Shown: positions 19,554 through 30,400 of the stretch, piece by piece
How positions within the stretch are numbered: position 1 is the stretch's first letter
How the letters are laid out: every line of letters begins with the position of its first letter
Assembly: GCA_963738405.1 (NCBI GenBank)
Contig: CAVTWJ010000023.1
Coordinates: 352,001 to 416,000, forward strand
Origin: a candidate division FCPU426 bacterium
GTDB lineage: Bacteria > Oederibacteriota > Muellerivitia > Muellerivitales > Muellerivitaceae
Length of the DNA stretch: 64,000 nucleotides
Direction: 5' to 3'
The notes under the pieces: generated by a model
What the model saw: the letters and a program-made list of their open reading frames with translations, nothing else
What the model was told of the DNA's origin: nothing
Databases searched by the model: none
Program-made: the position numbers and the translations under genes

Positions 19554-20584
19554 AACTGCCCCCCTATAGCGTGGTGATCGCGGTAGACCGCACAGATAAA
19601 GAACTTCCGGTGTTGAAGGGCCTCAAGTCCCTGCCCAAGGCCGAACAGCCCAAGGAAATTTTCGCGAGCGTTGGCAAAAACCCCTCCCTTCAGCGCAACC
19701 TGGGGGTAGGCCAATGCCGCACCCCTTTCGTATACTTTTTAGATGACGACAGCGTGGTGGCCCCCGGCACCCCCACCCACCTTCTTTCGCATTTTGAGGA
19801 CCCTCGTACCGCAGTCGTTGGCGGGCCCAACCTGGTTCCTGCCGAGGCCTCTTCCTTTGAGCGCACGGTCAACTCAGTTCTCGCTTCCTGGATGGGCAGT
19901 TTTAAGGTACGGTTCCGCTATGCCGCCATAGGGTCTGTGAAAGAAGCTACCGAAAGCGACTTGATCCTCTGCAACATGATGGTTCGGCGCGGAATATTTA
20001 TGGAACAAAAGGGCTTTCGCACCGACCTTTACCCCAACGAAGAAAATGAATTCTTAAACCGGCTCATGCACCACTCCAGCCGTTTGGTTTACGACCCCCG
20101 TGGCGCGGTGTACCGTTCCCGCCGTAAGAGCTTGAATGCCTACTGCTTCCAGGCCTTTCGCTATGGCCGGGGAAGAGCGAGGCAGATTAAGGTTTATCCT
20201 TGTCTTTCGGATTTGATCCACCTGGCTCCCCTATTTTTCGTGTTCTACGTTTTTACCCTGCCCTTCCCTTTTCTTTCCCAAACCGAAAACTTGCCCTTAG
20301 TCTCATGGCTTAATCCTTGGTTTTGGTGGTCGCCCTTTTTGCTATTCGCTGCCCTTTCATTAGGCACAGGTATATCCGCCGCTTCCTGGCACCGAAGGGT
20401 TTTGGACGCTATCAAGGTTCCTATCCTCATCTTTTTAAGGCACTTCTTTTACGGATGGGGCCTGATAGCGGGGTTTCTAACTTCTTCGCCTAAACCTACG
20501 CAAGATGTGGCCCTTTTCCAGGTTCGGCGGGCCAAGGATTCTTATAAGATAGTCCCCGTTAAAAAGGCTTCCGCCAAGCGCTAA
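19550..20584 (+). CDS. Glycosyltransferase family 2 with C-terminal TM segments
   Basis: QRNLG, FLDDD, GGP, EENE, YGRGR. Confidence 0.85.
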   Translation: MKLPPYSVVIAVDRTDKELPVLKGLKSLPKAEQPKEIFASVGKNPSLQRNLGVGQCRTPFVYFLDDDSVVAPGTPTHLLSHFEDPRTAVVGGPNLVPAEASSFERTVNSVLASWMGSFKVRFRYAAIGSVKEATESDLILCNMMVRRGIFMEQKGFRTDLYPNEENEFLNRLMHHSSRLVYDPRGAVYRSRRKSLNAYCFQAFRYGRGRARQIKVYPCLSDLIHLAPLFFVFYVFTLPFPFLSQTENLPLVSWLNPWFWWSPFLLFAALSLGTGISAASWHRRVLDAIKVPILIFLRHFFYGWGLIAGFLTSSPKPTQDVALFQVRRAKDSYKIVPVKKASAKR

Positions 20585-20610
20585 GCACCCTTCTTTCCTT
20601 AAGGAACCCT

Positions 20611-22923
20611 ATGGAAGAACAAACTCGCCGAAAATCCTGGTCTTCGCCCCTGCTTTACGCTTTGGCGGGGTTGACCGCCTATTTCCATTGCCTGATCCTG
20701 AACCAGGCTTATTTCGCAAATGATCTTTTAAACCAATACAGTCATTTCCGGGCCGTTGTGCGGGACCAAATTTTTTCCGGCCACTTTCCCCTCTGGAACC
20801 CTTATTTTTACGGGGGCCAGCCCTTTTTCGCCGATCCCAACGTGATGATGTGCTACCCCCTGAATTACCTGACCCTGCTCTTTCCCATCCCCTATGGTCT
20901 GGGCGTCTTTTACTTTCTCCATTTCTTTCTCGCCGCCTGTGGGATGCACTTTTGGCTGAAGGGCCTGAGGCTGTCCGAAAACGCCTGTCGCCTAGGTGCG
21001 TTGCTTTTCTCCCTTTCAGGTTTCTTTTGGTGGGAATTGATCCATCCCCCCATCCTGGCGGCCTTCGCTTGGCTTCCCTGGTGGTTGGGTGCTTTGGAGA
21101 GGCTGAGCCATGACTGGGCCCCCAAGAAGGCCTTCGGAGCCGGGCTGGCCTTCGCCATGATTTTCGTGAGCGGCAACTTCCAAATGACCAGCTATTTCCT
21201 TTACTTAGGATTGGCTTATTTTCTGCTTCGTCTCTTTTTCCCAGCCGATCGGGAGTCCGTTGCCGGGAACTCTTCAGGGTTCCAATCTATTCCATGGAAA
21301 AAAGTACCCTTGGTCCTTCTGTTCGGAATATGGGGAGGGTTGATCCTCTTGACCCACATGATTCCCGCCTATGAATTTTCAAAATACACCAACCGCGAAA
21401 GCGCCAACCAGACCTACGACAGCTTCAACGCCCAATTTTCGATGAAACCCGAAACCTCCTATACCCTGCTCTTTCCCGGCCTGGGTTTGAAACAGGGCCA
21501 AACCCCTGAGCAGGCCATTCAATATTTCGACCCCACCAATATTGATAACGACTATTACGGCATGTTTGGCTACCTGGGCATCTGGGCGCCCTTTTTGATC
21601 TTTATGGCCTTCCGCCGGAAGGATAAAAAATTTCTTTTAGGGGTACTGGGGCTGGCGGTTCTTTGCCTGATGGCAGCCTGGGGAAAAAACTTTTTCCTGC
21701 ACCGGCTTCTTTGCAACCTCTTACCCGGCATCAACTTAAGCCGGGCTCCCTTCCGGGCGATCGGCGGGACGGTGGCCTGTTTCGCGGCCCTTTCGGCCTT
21801 CGGATTCCAGGCGCTTGAAAAAGCTTTAAACGCTGGTGAAAAGATTCAAACCCAGCTCACGGCGGGACTCGCAGGAGCGGGACTTTTATTTTTGGTGGGA
21901 TGCCTGAACCCCTCCTTCGATTGGCGGGAACTGTTGGCTTTGGGCCTCGGTGCCCTGGGGCTTTTTCTTTGGGGCATGACGGCCGCCTGGAAAAAACTGG
22001 GCCGGTGGTTTTTTGTAACGGCTTTGATTTTGCCCCTTTACCTTTCAGGCTGGGGCGATTTTGCCTGGGGCCCAGCTTCCAACTACGACCTGACAGCCAA
22101 CTTCCCCGCCTTTACCGACCTTGAGGTTAATCAGACGAAAGGGCGCTATTTCTTCGACGGTCAGAGCCTTCCCTACCCGGTGCGTGTGGGTTCTCAAACC
22201 TACCGGTGGATCTTTCCCCAGGACGCGCCGATGGAATTGGGCATTCGGGACAGCGGGGGCTATAACCCCATTTACCTCCTGGAGCCCTACGCCCTGCGCT
22301 CCCTTCCTTTGCCCCTCTATCTCAACCTGATGGCGGTGAATGGCTTATTGCTGGGCAAGGACGCCGGGGAGATGAAGGGTTTCAACCGGCAGATGCTGGG
22401 CAATGTGCTTTATTACGGCTCGGAGAAGCCTCCCGCTTACCTGACCGCCGTGACCCGCTTCCAAAGCGCCCTGGACCCCAAGGCGAACCTGGATTTGATG
22501 AAAGACCCCTCTTTCGACCCATCCCAAACCGTAGTGCTTTCCTCCGACTTGCCGGAGGCGGTGAAGAGCCAGCTTTCGGGAAAACCCTCTACCTTGAAAT
22601 ATGACTGGGCCAAGGACGAAATGAACTCCCAGGCGTTTCATGTGACGCTGGACCAGAACAGCCTAGTGACCTTTTCAGAAGTACTGTTCTCCGGCTGGAA
22701 AGCCTGGGTGGACGGCAGCCCGGTTGAGATTTACAAAGGCAACCACGCCTTTCGGACTCTTTTTATCCCCGCAGGAAACCATTCGGTCGAATTTCGCTAT
22801 GAACCCTCCTGGGCCCAGCCCCTGCTAGGGTTGGCCATCGCTTGGTATCTTTCGCTGGTGATCTACGCTGGCTGGCTATGGTTGAGGAGGAAAAGCCCTT
22901 CCGCCTCCTCCCACCCCGCTTGA
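20611..22923 (+). CDS. YfhO-family (GT-C-like) membrane protein
   Basis: PLWNPYFYGGQPF, many TMs, C-terminal GWKAWVDG...PAGNHSVEFRYEP. Confidence 0.8.
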   Translation: MEEQTRRKSWSSPLLYALAGLTAYFHCLILNQAYFANDLLNQYSHFRAVVRDQIFSGHFPLWNPYFYGGQPFFADPNVMMCYPLNYLTLLFPIPYGLGVFYFLHFFLAACGMHFWLKGLRLSENACRLGALLFSLSGFFWWELIHPPILAAFAWLPWWLGALERLSHDWAPKKAFGAGLAFAMIFVSGNFQMTSYFLYLGLAYFLLRLFFPADRESVAGNSSGFQSIPWKKVPLVLLFGIWGGLILLTHMIPAYEFSKYTNRESANQTYDSFNAQFSMKPETSYTLLFPGLGLKQGQTPEQAIQYFDPTNIDNDYYGMFGYLGIWAPFLIFMAFRRKDKKFLLGVLGLAVLCLMAAWGKNFFLHRLLCNLLPGINLSRAPFRAIGGTVACFAALSAFGFQALEKALNAGEKIQTQLTAGLAGAGLLFLVGCLNPSFDWRELLALGLGALGLFLWGMTAAWKKLGRWFFVTALILPLYLSGWGDFAWGPASNYDLTANFPAFTDLEVNQTKGRYFFDGQSLPYPVRVGSQTYRWIFPQDAPMELGIRDSGGYNPIYLLEPYALRSLPLPLYLNLMAVNGLLLGKDAGEMKGFNRQMLGNVLYYGSEKPPAYLTAVTRFQSALDPKANLDLMKDPSFDPSQTVVLSSDLPEAVKSQLSGKPSTLKYDWAKDEMNSQAFHVTLDQNSLVTFSEVLFSGWKAWVDGSPVEIYKGNHAFRTLFIPAGNHSVEFRYEPSWAQPLLGLAIAWYLSLVIYAGWLWLRRKSPSASSHPA

Positions 22924-22933
22924 AAGACCGAAC

Positions 22934-25177
22934 CTGAAAAGGGTCAGCCAAACCCCGGATTTCCTGCCCTGGGTCTATGGAGTCCTGGCCCTGGCCGCCT
23001 TTTCCCGCTGCCTTTTCCTGGGCCAGGCCTATTTTGATAACGACCTCTTGGCCCAATTCGGCCCCTGGCGGGCCTTTTTAAGGGACCAGCTCCTCCAGGG
23101 CCACTTTCCCCTCTGGAACCCCTATCTCTTAGGGGGCTGCCCCTTCCTCGCCGACCTGCAAAACATGGTTTTTTACCCACTTAATTGGCTCACCATTCCC
23201 TTTTCGGTTCCCACGGGATTAAGTCTCTTTTTCTGCCTGCATTTATTTTTGGCGTTGCTCGGCATGGACCTTTTATTGAAAAGTTTCGGCCTGGATTCCC
23301 AATCCCGCCTGGCGGGAGCGTTGGTTTACAGCTTCTCGAATTTTTTCTGGCTGGAAATCATCCACCCCCCCGTGCTGGCGGCATTTACGCTATTGCCCTG
23401 GTTGTTCGGGTGCCTTCGGCACTGGGCCGAAACCCTCTCCGTGAAATGGGGATTCTTGAGCGGGTTTTGTTTCGCGCTTCTTTTTTTATGCGGAAGCATT
23501 CAAATGTCGATCGGCGCTTTTTACGGGGGATTGATATTCTTCGGCTATGAGCTTTGGGTAAGGCAAAAAAATGAAAAGCCCCTTTCACTGGCGCCTCTTC
23601 TTTTCCCCTTCTTGGCGGCGGTTTGGGGAGCCCTGCCCCTCTTCGCCCAGCTGATTCCTTCCCTAGAATTTTCCAAACTCACGGACCGGGGAGAGGGAAT
23701 ACCCTGGGCTCAATTGAAACATTCCCTTTCCCTTGACCCTTCGGTTTTATATCAATTGTTCCTTCCCCGCCTTCAACTGCCTGAACACACCACCCTGGGC
23801 GAGGCTGTTCAAATCAGGGATGGGGCTGAAAAATGGGCCACGAACTTCCAAGGCCTTTGGGCCTTTATGGGAATTTGGACGCCGCTTTTAGCCTTAGCCG
23901 CAGTGAAGAAAAAAACGCGTGAGCTTTCGGCTTTTTGGTTTTGGTTCGCCTTAGGGGGTTTGATTTTATCCCTGGGCCAATTCACGCCCCTCTATCACGC
24001 GTTGTTTTCCGCCCTGCCCGGTCTCTCCTTGATTCGGGTGGCCTACCGCTATGTTTTCCTGTGGGTGCTGGCCCTAGGAGTCTTGACCGCTTTCGGCTGG
24101 AAAGACATCTTTTCCGAAACGGAGGATCGGCTTGGGAAATATCTACCGTGGATTTATGGTTTGCTTTTATTTCTCGCCGCTTTTCTGCGTCCCGCTTTTA
24201 ATTGGCGGGAAATTCTGGCCTTGGGGTTTGGATTTTTAGCCTTGGCCTGGAAGGTTCGAAAACCCTCTGACCTCCAGGCAAAAAAATGGCTGGCGCTTTA
24301 TGCCCTCGGAATCCCGTTGTTCCTCAACGTTTGGGGCAACTTTGAGCCAGGGCCCTCATCGAATTTCGATTTCGAGAAAAATTCATCCACCTTGGTGGCC
24401 TGGGGCCGGTCCCTTTCCCCCGGCCGTGTCTTTTTCGACAATACCCGCATGTATTACCCCATCCAAGTGGGGGGAACAAAATACATCCTCAATTACCCGC
24501 AAAACGCCGCGGCGCCCTTAGGGATCAAGGATATCGGGGGCTATAACCCCCTGGTCTTACAGGCCAAAACAGACCTGGGCACCCTGCCTTTACCCCTTGT
24601 CACGAAACTTGGAGCGATCGCCGGGTTTGTCACCGGCTCGGATCAGGGAAAACATCCAGGGTTTGTGTTGAATAGGACACTTCCCTATTATTTTTATACC
24701 TCGACCCAGCCTCCCCATTTTGTGTTCGCTCCACGGCAAGTAGTTTCGGCGGCGGATTCCCAATCCTCCCTCGCCCTCCTTCGGCAGGAGGGGTTTGATC
24801 CCGACCAAACGGCCGTCCTTCTGACGGCCGACCCCGTCAACCTCAACTTGGGCGGAAAACCCCCAGCCCTGACCTATAAGGTACTGGCGGATGAACCCGA
24901 GGCCCAAGCCTTCGAGGTCACCTTGTCCCGATTCGGCCTGGTGGTTTTTTGCGAGACCCAGTACCCCGGCTGGAAAGCATGGGTGGACGGGAATCCGGCC
25001 TCGATTTTGACCGCCGACCATCTCCTCCGGGCGCTGGTTCTGAACTCCGGAACGCACCGGGTCGATTTCCGATTCGAGCCCTATTGGTGGCCGGGAATCG
25101 CTTGGGGACTGGCGGGCTGGGTTTTCCTTACCCTCCTGGGGGCTTTTCTGTTTCGGCCCATGCCTCGAAAGGTTTAA
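22934..25177 (+). CDS. YfhO-family membrane protein (paralog of upstream gene; start uncertain)
   Basis: PLWNPYLLGGCPF, YPGWKAWVDG, GTHRVDFRFEP; homology continues in frame upstream of TTG 23048 toward CTG 22934. Confidence 0.78.
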   Translation: MKRVSQTPDFLPWVYGVLALAAFSRCLFLGQAYFDNDLLAQFGPWRAFLRDQLLQGHFPLWNPYLLGGCPFLADLQNMVFYPLNWLTIPFSVPTGLSLFFCLHLFLALLGMDLLLKSFGLDSQSRLAGALVYSFSNFFWLEIIHPPVLAAFTLLPWLFGCLRHWAETLSVKWGFLSGFCFALLFLCGSIQMSIGAFYGGLIFFGYELWVRQKNEKPLSLAPLLFPFLAAVWGALPLFAQLIPSLEFSKLTDRGEGIPWAQLKHSLSLDPSVLYQLFLPRLQLPEHTTLGEAVQIRDGAEKWATNFQGLWAFMGIWTPLLALAAVKKKTRELSAFWFWFALGGLILSLGQFTPLYHALFSALPGLSLIRVAYRYVFLWVLALGVLTAFGWKDIFSETEDRLGKYLPWIYGLLLFLAAFLRPAFNWREILALGFGFLALAWKVRKPSDLQAKKWLALYALGIPLFLNVWGNFEPGPSSNFDFEKNSSTLVAWGRSLSPGRVFFDNTRMYYPIQVGGTKYILNYPQNAAAPLGIKDIGGYNPLVLQAKTDLGTLPLPLVTKLGAIAGFVTGSDQGKHPGFVLNRTLPYYFYTSTQPPHFVFAPRQVVSAADSQSSLALLRQEGFDPDQTAVLLTADPVNLNLGGKPPALTYKVLADEPEAQAFEVTLSRFGLVVFCETQYPGWKAWVDGNPASILTADHLLRALVLNSGTHRVDFRFEPYWWPGIAWGLAGWVFLTLLGAFLFRPMPRKV

Positions 25178-25232
25178 CTCGTAGTTTTCTTTCATTACAA
25201 TGACTTTATTCCATCCACAGAGGAACCCATCC

Positions 25233-26105
25233 ATGCTCACTCAAAACCAATTTGTCCGTTCCCACGGCCTAGGCAACGACTACATCGTGATGGACCCGGC
25301 CAAGCTTTCCTTTAAGCTGACCCCCGAAAACATCATCCGCGTCTGCAACCGTAACACGGGCGTGGGCTCGGACGGCATCCTGGCCCTGGAACCATCCAGC
25401 AGTTCCCTTTTCAAACTAAGAATCTATAACCCAGACGGGAGTGAGGCCGAGAAGAGCGGCAACGGCTTGCGCATCTTCTGTAAATTTCTTTTCGAGCACG
25501 GCTATACCGAAAAAAGCCTTTTCCAGATCGAAACCGCTGGCGGGAAGGTTCAGGCCCAGCTTCACCTGGTGGTGGGCAAGGCCGTAGCGGTGACGGTTGA
25601 AATGGGCAAGGCCACTTTTGATTCGAAGGTTATTCCCGTGAAAGGTTTTGAGGGCGATGTGGTGGAAAAGCCATTACAGGTCGGGGGCCAGGAATTAAAG
25701 GTCACCTGCGTTTCGGTCGGCAACCCCCACTGCGTGGTCTTTTTTGACAAGCTGGAGGAAGCCGAAAAAGAAATTCACCGCCTCGGTACCCTTTTAGAAC
25801 ATCATCCGGCGTTCCCTAACCGAAGCAACGTGCAGTTTGTGAAGGTGGACAACGAAAAGGAAATCTCCATCCGCATCTGGGAAAGGGGCGCGGGCTATAC
25901 CCTGGCTTCCGGCTCCTCCTCCTGCGCGGCGGTTTCCGCCTGCGTCAAGACGGGCCGTACGGGCCGGGACCTGACGGTGCATATGCCCGGCGGGGACCTT
26001 TCGATCAAAGTAAGTGAACAATTTGATCTAACCATGCGGGGGCCTGTTGAGGAAATTTGTTATGGATTCATCAGCGGCGAATTACTCAAAAGCCTTGAAT
26101 CCTAA
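25233..26105 (+). CDS. dapF: Diaminopimelate epimerase
   Basis: HGLGNDY, GVGSDG, NPDGSEAEKSGNGLR, VGNPHCV, WERGAGYTLASGS; both usual catalytic Cys positions read Ser. Confidence 0.85.
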   Translation: MLTQNQFVRSHGLGNDYIVMDPAKLSFKLTPENIIRVCNRNTGVGSDGILALEPSSSSLFKLRIYNPDGSEAEKSGNGLRIFCKFLFEHGYTEKSLFQIETAGGKVQAQLHLVVGKAVAVTVEMGKATFDSKVIPVKGFEGDVVEKPLQVGGQELKVTCVSVGNPHCVVFFDKLEEAEKEIHRLGTLLEHHPAFPNRSNVQFVKVDNEKEISIRIWERGAGYTLASGSSSCAAVSACVKTGRTGRDLTVHMPGGDLSIKVSEQFDLTMRGPVEEICYGFISGELLKSLES

Positions 26106-28494
26106 CCCCACGCCCCGTTCCCCCATCCCAAGCACCTTTTTAAAATCCGATGGTTATTCCCTGCTCATTTTGCTTTTTTCATTCTTTTTATTCTTCGGGA
26201 ATTGGTTCCTTCATCCATCGCAGGTTTTTCTTTCGCTCGATACGAACGACATTTACTACCCTTTTTATCACTGGGTCCACGAATGTTTTCAGGATGGGCG
26301 TCTCCCCCTCATTTCAGATTTTTCATATCACGGGGCTCCGATGCCCGCAGTCGTGATTGTGGGGTTCCTATCGCCCGTACTAGCCCTTTGCCAGGGTTTC
26401 AAAAACTACGATCTGACCTTCAACGTGATTTTCCTGGTTCCCTGGATGATCTTCCTGTTGGGGTCTTATGCCCTTGGACGAATCCTTCGGTTCTCGACCA
26501 CCGCTTCCCTTCTCCTGGCTTTTCTTTGGACTTATAACGGGCAACGAATGGCCCACCTGGACCATCTCAACATCACTTGGGCCTGCGCCTTTTTCCCGTG
26601 GGTGTTCGCCTTTTTGGCCCTGTTCCGGCAAAAAAAAGGCCGTGCCATCTGCCTCTGGACGGCGGGCTTGCTGTGGGGCCTGGGACTTTTATCGGGCCAC
26701 CCCCAAATTATTTTTGAGCAGGGCCTCTTTTTTGTTTTTTGGGCCCTGTGGGCCCCCGACCAAACCGAAGGCCGCCCCCGCTGGCTTGATGTAGTCCTCC
26801 TGACAGTTCTGGCCCTTTGGGTGGCAGCACCCTGGATTCTCAACAGCGCCGAATGCCTGGCGTTCGACGGGCTTCATTTTCAATGGAATGAGGTCAATCG
26901 TTTCTACCATTCATGGACCCCCTTGAATTTCATCACACTGGTCTTTCCCTGGTTTTTTGGAAAATATCAATTTGACCGGCAAGGCTTCGATTATTGGTGG
27001 CAATATCAATTTACAGAGATGCAGGTGGCTTTTTCCGTCGTCGGTCTTTTTTTCATTCTTCTTTTTTTCATGAAAAAAAACCCTTGGCGGAAATTTGTCG
27101 CCATTACGGCTATTTTCAGTGTGCTGCTTGCGATGGGGCGTTTCACGCCTTTTTATTCCATGATTCAGGCCTTGCCGGGCTTTTCGTGGTTCCGGGACCC
27201 GGCACGTTACTGGTTCCTGGCATCCTGGGCCCTAGGACTGGGAGCGGCTCAAGCCTGGGATCGTTGGTGGACCGATTTGTCCGACTTGGAATCGAGGGGT
27301 CGAAAACTCGCTGCCGGGATTGGGTTACTGGCCCTTGGATTTATCGGCTTCGGGTGGATGCTTCTGACCCAGGGTAGGGCCCTTCTCACGCTGGCCGGAT
27401 CCTGGATGATTCAGCGGTACCTTTTGGAAAGTTCCCCCCCGCATTCCCTTAGCGGCTACCTTGATCGGATTCCCGAAAAGCTCAATCATGTCGCGGCCAA
27501 CTTGAATCCCATCGAACCCCGGGTTTATCTCCCCCTACTATTTCTGGTGTTGTTGAATTGGGTGATTTGGAATCGCCGGGGTATTTCACCGGCATGGGGC
27601 CGTGGGATTTTGCTCGCGTTGGTGCTCCTGGATTTAGCAGTATTCCGCACACCTCTAGGACGGGTTTTTTACAACCCGGGGGACTTGCCCGCGCCACAAA
27701 TCCCCGCCGTTCAAAGCAGGTTGTTGTGTTTTCTATCCGGATCGGTTTCGCCCCTTCCCTATCAATATGCCCTTATGGCCTACGCGAACGTGAATTACCT
27801 GGAGCATATTCCCACTCTTCCGATGGAGGCGAACCCCCAGATGAACCGATATGCGGATACAGCTGAAAAATTGGGGTGGTTCTCCTGGGTTTATAAGGAT
27901 CGGGACCCCCGGGGGTTCACCCATCACGTGGGAATGATGCGCGCGTTTGGATTGGATTTGTTCGTTTCCGACCTGCCCATGACACTCCCCTCGGTATTTA
28001 AACCCGTTCAAACCCGTTTTCCCTACTCCTGGAAGCTAAGCCCGGTCCTTCCGAAGGCCAGCCTAGTTCAAACCTACCGGGTTGTCCCCTATCCCCAATG
28101 CCTGGACGTGATGGAATATCCCGGGTTTGATCCCCTGCACGAGGTAACTCTGGACGCTTTTCCCGGCTTTCAACTGGCCGACAAAAAATCAAACCTTTCA
28201 CCTCCCCAGATTCTCCATTGGGCCGAAACCCGCCTCTCGCTTTTCAACTCCTCGCCCGATTCCGCCCTCTTGGTGCTTCAAAAAACTTTTTTACCGGGCT
28301 GGAAAGCCTGGATCGACGGGAACCCGGTCCGACCCTTACGCTGTGACGCGGTGTTGACCGCCCTTTGGTTGCCTGCCGGACCCCATCATATTGAGCTTCA
28401 ATATGATCCAACGGGTCTCAAACTTGGTTTTTTCTTTTTTTTAGTCTTCATGGGGATATTTTCTTTTTTGGCGATTCGTTCCGTTCTTGCTTGA
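26047..28494 (+). CDS. YfhO-like membrane protein
   Basis: GRLPL...GAP, SGHPQ, FRDPARY, PGWKAWIDG...PAGPHHIELQYDP; start uncertain. Confidence 0.75.
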   Translation: MRKFVMDSSAANYSKALNPNPTPRSPIPSTFLKSDGYSLLILLFSFFLFFGNWFLHPSQVFLSLDTNDIYYPFYHWVHECFQDGRLPLISDFSYHGAPMPAVVIVGFLSPVLALCQGFKNYDLTFNVIFLVPWMIFLLGSYALGRILRFSTTASLLLAFLWTYNGQRMAHLDHLNITWACAFFPWVFAFLALFRQKKGRAICLWTAGLLWGLGLLSGHPQIIFEQGLFFVFWALWAPDQTEGRPRWLDVVLLTVLALWVAAPWILNSAECLAFDGLHFQWNEVNRFYHSWTPLNFITLVFPWFFGKYQFDRQGFDYWWQYQFTEMQVAFSVVGLFFILLFFMKKNPWRKFVAITAIFSVLLAMGRFTPFYSMIQALPGFSWFRDPARYWFLASWALGLGAAQAWDRWWTDLSDLESRGRKLAAGIGLLALGFIGFGWMLLTQGRALLTLAGSWMIQRYLLESSPPHSLSGYLDRIPEKLNHVAANLNPIEPRVYLPLLFLVLLNWVIWNRRGISPAWGRGILLALVLLDLAVFRTPLGRVFYNPGDLPAPQIPAVQSRLLCFLSGSVSPLPYQYALMAYANVNYLEHIPTLPMEANPQMNRYADTAEKLGWFSWVYKDRDPRGFTHHVGMMRAFGLDLFVSDLPMTLPSVFKPVQTRFPYSWKLSPVLPKASLVQTYRVVPYPQCLDVMEYPGFDPLHEVTLDAFPGFQLADKKSNLSPPQILHWAETRLSLFNSSPDSALLVLQKTFLPGWKAWIDGNPVRPLRCDAVLTALWLPAGPHHIELQYDPTGLKLGFFFFLVFMGIFSFLAIRSVLA

Positions 28495-28554
28495 GACGTT
28501 TTTTCCAAGGGCCTAAAATGCCTTTCCTCATCCCATATTCGAAGGGAGCATTCT

Positions 28555-30240
28555 GTGAAAAAGATCAGCCTCAAACACCGTTCCGGCATCATGACCGAGG
28601 GGGACAAAAGGGCGCCCAACCGCGCCATGCTGCGCGCCGTTGGCTTTAGCGACGCCGACTTCAAGAAACCCATTGTGGGCGTTTCCTCCTCCTGGAGCGA
28701 AGTGACCCCCTGCAATATCCATTTGAACGAATTGGCCGAAAGGGCCAAGCGGGGCGTGACCTCCGCAGGCGGAGTGGGCCAAATGTTCGGCACCATCACG
28801 GTGGCCGATGGCATCGCCATGGGACACGAGGGCATGAAATTTTCTCTCGTTTCCCGCGAAGTGATCGCCGATTCCATCGAGGTGGTGGCTTCCGCCGAGC
28901 GCATGGACGCTTTGGTCACTATCGGCGGATGCGACAAGAATATGCCGGGGTGCCTGATGGCCATTGGGCGCCTGAACATCCCCGCGGTTTTCGTGTACGG
29001 TGGAACCATTTTGCCTGGCCGTTGCGACGGCAAGGATATCGACATCGTCTCGGTATTTGAGGCGGTCGGCAAACATTCCACCGGCCAAATCAACCGGGCC
29101 AAACTGACTGAAATCGAAAAAAATGCCTGCCCGGGACCCGGCTCCTGCGGCGGCATGTACACCGCCAACACCATGGCCTCCGCCATTGAGGCCATGGGGA
29201 TGGCCTTGCCCCACGATTCCTGCCAGCCCGCAGTGGGCGAACCCAAGCGCTTGATTTGCGAAAGGGCCGGCCAAGCGGCCGTGGAGTTGCTGAAGCAGGG
29301 CATCCGCCCCAGCGACATCATGACAAAGAAGGCCTTTGAGAACGCAATCACGGTGGTCATGGCTCTTGGTGGATCCACCAACGCCGTGTTGCACCTGATC
29401 GCCATCGCCAAGAGTATTGGGGTGAAATTGACCATTGACGATTTCGGCCGCATCAGCGGCAAGGTTCCCCACCTGGCAGACCTGAAGCCCAGCGGAAAAT
29501 ACGTGGCGGCAGACCTGGACCGCATCGGCGGCATCCCGGCGGTCATGAAACTGCTGATGGAAGCCAAGATGCTACACGGCGACTGCCTGACGGTGACCGG
29601 AAAGACGGTGAAAGAAAACTTAAAGCTGGCCCAGCCCCTTTCCAAGAACCAGCCCATCATCCACAGCCTGAAGGAACCGCTTTATCCCACAGGCCCCATG
29701 GTGATTTTGCGGGGCAACCTGGCGCCCGAGGGCGGCGTGGCCAAGATATCCGGCCTTAAAGTCATCACCCACACAGGCCCGGCCAAGGTTTACGACGGTG
29801 AAGAAGCCGCCTTCGCGGCCATTGAGAAGCGCCAGATCAAGGCGGGGGATGTGGTGGTCATCCGCTACGAGGGCCCCAAAGGAGGTCCCGGTATGAGGGA
29901 AATGCTGGCTATTACCTCGGCCTTGGTGGGCCAGGGGTTGGGCGAAAAGGTGGGGCTAATTACCGACGGTCGGTTCTCCGGCGGCACCCATGGGTTGGTG
30001 GTGGGGCATATCGCCCCCGAAGCCCAGGTAGGCGGCCCCATCGGATTGATCAAAACAGGGGATAAAATCACCATTGACGCCGAGAAGAAAAAGCTGGAAC
30101 TGCATATCAGCGCGGCGGAAATGAAAAAGCGACGTAAAACCTGGAAACCCAAGGTGAATCCCTACCCCAAGGGAGTCTTGGCGAAGTACGCCTATTTAGT
30201 TTCTTCGGCGAGCCAGGGAGCGGTAACAGACGAATTTTAA
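28555..30240 (+). CDS. ilvD: Dihydroxy-acid dehydratase
   Basis: [48 protein letters not shown]. Confidence 0.97.
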   Translation: MKKISLKHRSGIMTEGDKRAPNRAMLRAVGFSDADFKKPIVGVSSSWSEVTPCNIHLNELAERAKRGVTSAGGVGQMFGTITVADGIAMGHEGMKFSLVSREVIADSIEVVASAERMDALVTIGGCDKNMPGCLMAIGRLNIPAVFVYGGTILPGRCDGKDIDIVSVFEAVGKHSTGQINRAKLTEIEKNACPGPGSCGGMYTANTMASAIEAMGMALPHDSCQPAVGEPKRLICERAGQAAVELLKQGIRPSDIMTKKAFENAITVVMALGGSTNAVLHLIAIAKSIGVKLTIDDFGRISGKVPHLADLKPSGKYVAADLDRIGGIPAVMKLLMEAKMLHGDCLTVTGKTVKENLKLAQPLSKNQPIIHSLKEPLYPTGPMVILRGNLAPEGGVAKISGLKVITHTGPAKVYDGEEAAFAAIEKRQIKAGDVVVIRYEGPKGGPGMREMLAITSALVGQGLGEKVGLITDGRFSGGTHGLVVGHIAPEAQVGGPIGLIKTGDKITIDAEKKKLELHISAAEMKKRRKTWKPKVNPYPKGVLAKYAYLVSSASQGAVTDEF

Positions 30241-30256
30241 AGGGTTAAAAAGTGCA

Positions 30257-30300
30257 AATAAAAAGCCGCTTAAGGCAACCCTTAGGCGGCTTTTTTTATT
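30257..30300. terminator. Intrinsic terminator after ilvD, possibly bidirectional
   Basis: AAAAAGCCGCTTAAGG-CAAC-CCTTAGGCGGCTTTTTTT. Confidence 0.85.
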
Positions 30301-30311
30301 GGCTTTCGGGC

Positions 30312-30345
30312 AAAAAAAACGGGTGGACCCCGAAGGATCCACCCG
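30312..30345 (-). terminator. Intrinsic terminator of small secreted protein gene
   Basis: Minus strand CGGGTGGATCC-TTCG-GGGTCCACCCG followed by T8. Confidence 0.85.
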
Positions 30346-30400
30346 ATCATGAAAGTTTCAAGACAAAGTCCTGAAACCTTAAACCGGCTTGAGGCTAAAC

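Noticed and set aside
28398..29660. Long antisense ORFs (420 and 314 aa) over ilvD, and Val/Gly-rich ORFs opposite the Thr/Pro tracts
   Set aside because: Shadow frames expected from GC-rich codon bias and low complexity.
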